Positions 60,720-64,000 of a stretch of 64,000 nt of DNA are shown here, in pieces. Below the pieces are notes generated by a model. That model was not told the DNA's origin and made no database searches. It was given only the letters and a program-made list of their open reading frames with translations. Source of the DNA: Antedon mediterranea (lineage: Eukaryota > Animalia > Echinodermata); NCBI RefSeq assembly GCF_964355755.1, contig NC_092679.1:20815432-20879431 (forward strand). The letters are read 5' to 3'. A program made the position numbers and the translations under genes. Numbering within the stretch: position 1 is the stretch's first letter; each line of letters begins with the position of its first letter.

Positions 60720-61846
60720 ATTACTTTACGATACACTGGTTTGTTGTTATGTTTAACACACCATATGACCTGATTTTATGTTAACCAGTAAAATACATTC
60801 CTCGTACAAAATGTTACAAGTTGTAGATAAAGGGAAGTTTAAGAATGACTAGATAATTTGGTGAATTCTTACACTTACAGGATTTCAACTGCTGTAAACT
60901 TCTTTTTTAGATGTCATAAATGGAACAAACTGAAAGACAATACATTTTACATCTTGTAAACAACGCATAAAAAACAATCATACTAATGCAACATGGTAAA
61001 CTACAGAAAGGAATTGGTACTTGGAAAAATTCAACCTTTGCGAATTGTCTACTTATAGAAAGTTACGTTAGGCAGAGTTGATTGTATATGGTAAGAACTG
61101 ACCGTATTATCAAAATTCAGCAATTCCACTGCACAAATCAAACACCTGCAAGGGAAAAAGAATTGATTAAGTAAGGTGTATCAGGTCCTACAAATTTAAA
61201 ATAGCCAATACAATGCACCAGTCCTTATTGTAATGTCAATTGAATGAAGCCGTGTTTTAATTATACACTGTACCTAGCTAGGCCCTTATATATTAGATAG
61301 CAGCCCTGTACTGTATACTGTACTATATGGCTAGCTAGGCGTGGTACGACCCTACCACAGATTATGTGAAGGTGTTCTATAAATAGTATGTTTAGCTATT
61401 TATTGTCAATTGTTATCGTGATCTAAGAAGTTTCAAAATTACCGTAATGGCAGAGTGTATTATCTTATTCATTATTTTGATCATTATAGCAACATCATAA
61501 TACTATAATAGTCCTATACATACAAGTACTTTTAGTACATTTGTATTATTCGGGTTTTAATAAATCATGATCTGTTGAGCGCAGGAAAAAAACCTGAAGG
61601 AAACTTTAAAATAACTGAAATATTTTATAGGCTCAAAAGAAAGATTAAAAAGGCCTGTCAGGTACTAGCCTGTTTGACGAGAATTACTTTACGATACATT
61701 GGTCTGTTGCTATCTTAAACATGCCATATGACCTGATGTTATGTTTTAACAGTAACATGCATTCCTCGTACAAAATGTCAGAAATTGTAGATAAAGGGAA
61801 GTTTTAAGAATGATTAATTTGGTGAATTTTTACACTTACAGGATTT
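60720..61846. repeat. Dispersed ~165-bp direct repeat (60720-60885 and 61684-61846)
   Basis: ttactttacgatac...ccatatgacctgat...cattcctcgtacaaaatgt...tgtagataaagggaagttt...tacacttacaggattt in both copies. Confidence 0.85.
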
Positions 61847-63329
61847 TATGAAGAATTACTTAATAACTGCAACAACATTGGAGTCCACCTTCTAGCCAAT
61901 CTACAGTATAACTCATTGAACAAACACTCACATAAACAATGTATCATAAAGGTGCAACCTATGTGGTCACTGTTTATCAGCTACAATCTGCAAACTACAA
62001 ACATACAAGAAAAATATATTTTTAATAAATATTTCACAAACATATTCATCATATTTTTCATAATTTTAAGTATTTACATACAACTATCTAATTACAATGA
62101 TTTAATGGACAAAGAATGTCACCAGGCAAGTATACGTAAAATAACAATTATTTTAAGAAACGTAGTAACTCCCAATTCAACTACTATACGATTCTCGATC
62201 GATGCCTACATCCTCACATTCTCATACCACAGCTATGAACAGGATGATTAGGCCGTACATTTTCATGATTTTATTCCATCTGGACCAAACAATTATTTAA
62301 AACAGTTCCTTTCTAATTCATCTCAATCTTCCGTAATATAAGTGGCTATTAAATATGATACAGCATTTCACTCTCTATCAGTTCATCATCACTGTCAGAA
62401 AGATCCCAGTGACACCAAAGTTAAATCAATAAATTATTTATTTTGTTTACTTACAATATTTAAGAGGTTACTGGCTTTAATAAAACTGTAACAGAAGAGA
62501 CAATCTGACAGGCACAGATGTACAGCACGCCTAATTACTATCCAACAGTAGAACCTAAAAACAAACATAAAGAGAAAGTTCAAGTAAAAACAGTAAACTA
62601 ATTTGTACAAAGAAGCGAAACTACTATTATTACTACTCAAATGCACCTCTATAATTACCGTACCTTTACTTTTTAGAAGTATGGATACAGTACCGTATCA
62701 TTAGCCATAACGTTTATTTTTTCTAACAATCATATTTGTAGGCCTAGTTAGTAGGCCTATGCTCTAAGAAAGTGTATAGGCCTAGGCATATTAGTGCATA
62801 ATTATTAATATGCTGATAATTACTTTAAGAAAGAATTTCCCACACTACAGTAAGACTAGTTTAGTGTTCAAACATTTCATATAGATAGGCCTACATTACA
62901 ATCCCCTATTTAGTTACCAATTTAATTTCAATTTTGCCAGCTAGCTAGAGCCTGCGCCTAGTATTTATGAATTTTAAAGTTTTAGTAATACAGTAAAACC
63001 TTCATTTTACATACAGTACGGGACCGAAAGGCGTACATAAAACATGGGATTTGTAAAATCAAGGTTGACCTTAAATTGACCCCAAATACGTAGAGATCGT
63101 AGCTATAAAGGCTACCGTGACTTTACTGTACAGCATATGCAGGACAGGTGGTCACTAGCCTAGCTAGGTAGCCATTTCCTAGGCCCTAGACTATTCAGGC
63201 CAGGCTAGCAGGCCTAGACTAGCATCAAGATGTGAGGCCTAACTAGAAAAGTACAGTATATAGGCCTACAGCCTGTGCATTTAAATAAAGTGTTATAAAT
63301 AAAATATCAATGTTCTTGTATTTTCTATC

Positions 63330-63510
63330 AATAAAAACAGTCGCTGCTGTTGAGGGAATGCGTGTGTAGCTTGTCTCACACAGCAGCCATGGCTTTATTT
63401 GTTGTCAGAGCCATATTATATATAAAGAGTTACGACATTGAAAATTAGAAGCCATTTTTGTGTCAAAGAATTCGCACGCTGAGGGCGCGCGCGTCTCTTT
63501 TGTATAGCGT
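63330..63510 (-). promoter_or_regulatory. Candidate promoter/TSS of the Helentron transcript
   Basis: CpG patch gagggcgcgcgcgtctc, with a TAGGCCTA/CTAG-rich zone downstream on minus, the same layout as at the MUS81 5' end. Inference only. Confidence 0.35.
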
Positions 63511-64000
63511 TTTCCTATAGTTCATGCACTATTTTTAGATTTTGTTGTCTATGAAATAACGCTTAGATTCCGTTTTTAATTTAGTAATTAATTTTATTAA
63601 TGGTATTGATTTGTTAAAATATATATATATTTTTTATAATAACAAAAAAATAAATGCTAGGGGCTACATGGAAGTTAGGATACATCAAAGAATGAACCAA
63701 TACAAAAAACACACAAATTCACCTCTCTTTTTATGCAGTATATGGCTTTCTGTGTGTTTTTTACACAAACTGCGCCGCTAACGTTATTACCATTCAGAGA
63801 CTCGTTCATCATTTCATTTGTAATAATTTGCCTTTATTATTTAAATATTGTTCATACCCTTTTCAGTATATTAACAAATATATCCACGACACTTTATTAT
63901 TTTATTTAGTCATCAAAGCATGCATTATGAATTGAAAATATTACATAATTGTTATTAATAGGTGGTAGTTATGGGATGTTTTGTTCCAAAATCAATCAAT

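Larger units (their letters stand above)
44772..64000 (-). mobile_element. Autonomous Helentron (Helitron-like, endonuclease-bearing); other terminus probably beyond the window
   Basis: Head plus body D (44772-46160) has no tail and continues through diverged body fragments (47505-48200, ~48575) to the RepHel-EN ORF. No GCGGATAAC-plus-hairpin tail seen up to 64000. Element class is secure; boundaries are inference. Confidence 0.65.

Overview
AT-rich, intron-containing animal DNA, probably an invertebrate deuterostome (inference from the Deu-domain SINE and repeat content). Minus strand, left to right: an open coding exon of an unidentified gene running off the left edge (1-398); a complete 17-exon MUS81 gene (9500-17216); and a complete ~24-exon WDR81 gene (19364-37174). 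The WDR81 promoter, first coding exon and start of intron 1 are tandemly duplicated, leaving a second intact exon 1 at 39410-39505. From ~40.7 kb the window is dominated by a rolling-circle transposon system. First comes a self-nested stack of non-autonomous Helentron-type elements (subTIR GTTATCCGC, 3' hairpin plus CTAGT, internal ~177-bp units each marked by TGACGTCA). Then comes an intact ~3050-aa Helentron ORF with this order: hydrophobic N-terminal anchor, PHD finger, LSGG motif, herpes-tegument-type deubiquitinase, OTU deubiquitinase, 18-aa basic repeats, Zn/Rep (HUH-Y2), PIF1 helicase, AP endonuclease. The best candidate for a new system is this possibly membrane-anchored, self-processing dual-DUB polyprotein; that model is inference. 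Introns and intergenic DNA hold many MITEs, a candidate Academ element, a P-like element, SINE/LINE remnants and minisatellites. Exon and repeat boundaries were read by eye and may be off by a few bases; no database search was run.
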